A stretch of DNA of 64,000 nt, from the NCBI GenBank assembly GCA_030390025.1, contig CM059427.1, positions 188,666,001 to 188,730,000 on the forward strand, given 5' to 3'. Of the stretch, positions 63,200-64,000 are shown one piece after another. This DNA comes from Squalus acanthias (Eukaryota). Each line of letters starts with the position of its first letter. Positions within the stretch are counted from its first letter, which is position 1. Below the pieces are notes generated by a model. That model was not told where the DNA came from. It saw only the letters and a list, made by a program, of their open reading frames with translations, and searched no databases. A program made the position numbers and the translations under genes.

Positions 63200-63540
63200 A
63201 ACATTAAGAGAGGAGACTGAAAGCTTGGTGAAAGAGATATGTTTACAGTTTGTGTGTTAAGACACAGCAAGAGGTGGAGGGGTATAGGGAGGGAGTTCCA
63301 GAGGTTCGGGCTGAGGGAACAGAAGGTTTTGCCACCAATAGAGGGAGGGGTCAGCGAGAGGACCACAGGGAATGTAAAAGGAGGTAATTCTGCGGGGATG
63401 TTGCAGAGGTAAATTGGGGTGAAGCTGTGGAGTGATTTGTAGATGTTGGCAAGGATTTTATATTCGATGTGTGGAGGGACAGGGAGCTAGTGTATGCCAG
63501 TGAGGATGGGCGAGGAAGTTTTAGCGTGGGAGAGAATGTG
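63200..63540 (-). mobile_element. Old L2-like LINE 3' fragment
   Basis: IGGKTFCSLSPNLWNSLP and ILSHAKTSSPILTGIH motifs of L2 ORF2 C-termini. Confidence 0.6.
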
Positions 63541-64000
63541 GATGGGTAATTTAGACTTTGTGCGATAGTAAGTCATCTTTGTGAGATATAAAACATGCCG
63601 CCAATTCACTGTCACCCGTTTCACACTATCGCACAAAGGCAAATTACCCCCATATTTCTGTAAGAAAACATCAGGATTGCTCCCTGGACAATAAGGAAAG
63701 GAATCCCAACCTTCCAATTGAGTCAGCTGCCAAGTTGTATTGCAACAGCAATTAAAATAACTGTTGGATAGTCTTGCTGAGAACATTTGAAGGCGTTAGT
63801 AGAAATAGAGAAAAAGAAAGTAAGAAAGAAAGTGAGAAAGAAAGAAAGCAAGAAAGAATGTGCTGTTGAGATTAGCCTATTTGTTAATATTAACTTATCT
63901 CTAGTCTTTCAAATAATCAGGATCGACTGCAAACCAATATGGCGAGAATATTGTGTTTAATCAGAGTTTAAGATGGAATATAACACACTAGTTATACAGC

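Overview
Vertebrate genomic DNA, most likely a cartilaginous fish (shark). This is inferred from the HER1/CR1-type LINEs, a DeuSINE (SacSINE1-like) element and abundant PIF/Harbinger elements. Most of the window is nested transposon debris, and most ORF-track entries are TE remnants. Two tandem + strand paralogues of an unannotated multi-Ig-domain receptor are embedded in it, reconstructed here from GT-AG exons in phase. Gene 1 (3' part): V - C2(WxC) - Cys-less V - C2 - V - C2(WxC) - TM with a central Lys - short Tyr-free tail. Gene 2 (5' part): probable non-coding first exon with Ets/RUNX sites, leader, Cys-less V, C2, running off the window. The ectodomain is a repeated four-domain cassette with CD4/LAG-3-like features but in permuted order. 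It has no Lck-binding or inhibitory motif, has an adaptor-type charged TM residue, and its paralogous V domains differ almost only in the CDR-equivalent loops. This looks like a germline-diversifying, probably activating immune receptor family and is the best candidate for an undescribed system. Secondary observations: exon relics from cassette recombination, a 59-bp retro-insert that supplies the stop codon, Harbinger elements with TAT target duplications, a 1.6-kb solo LTR family, and a Tx1-like insert in a SINE tRNA head. No database searches were run, so family names are by pattern recognition.
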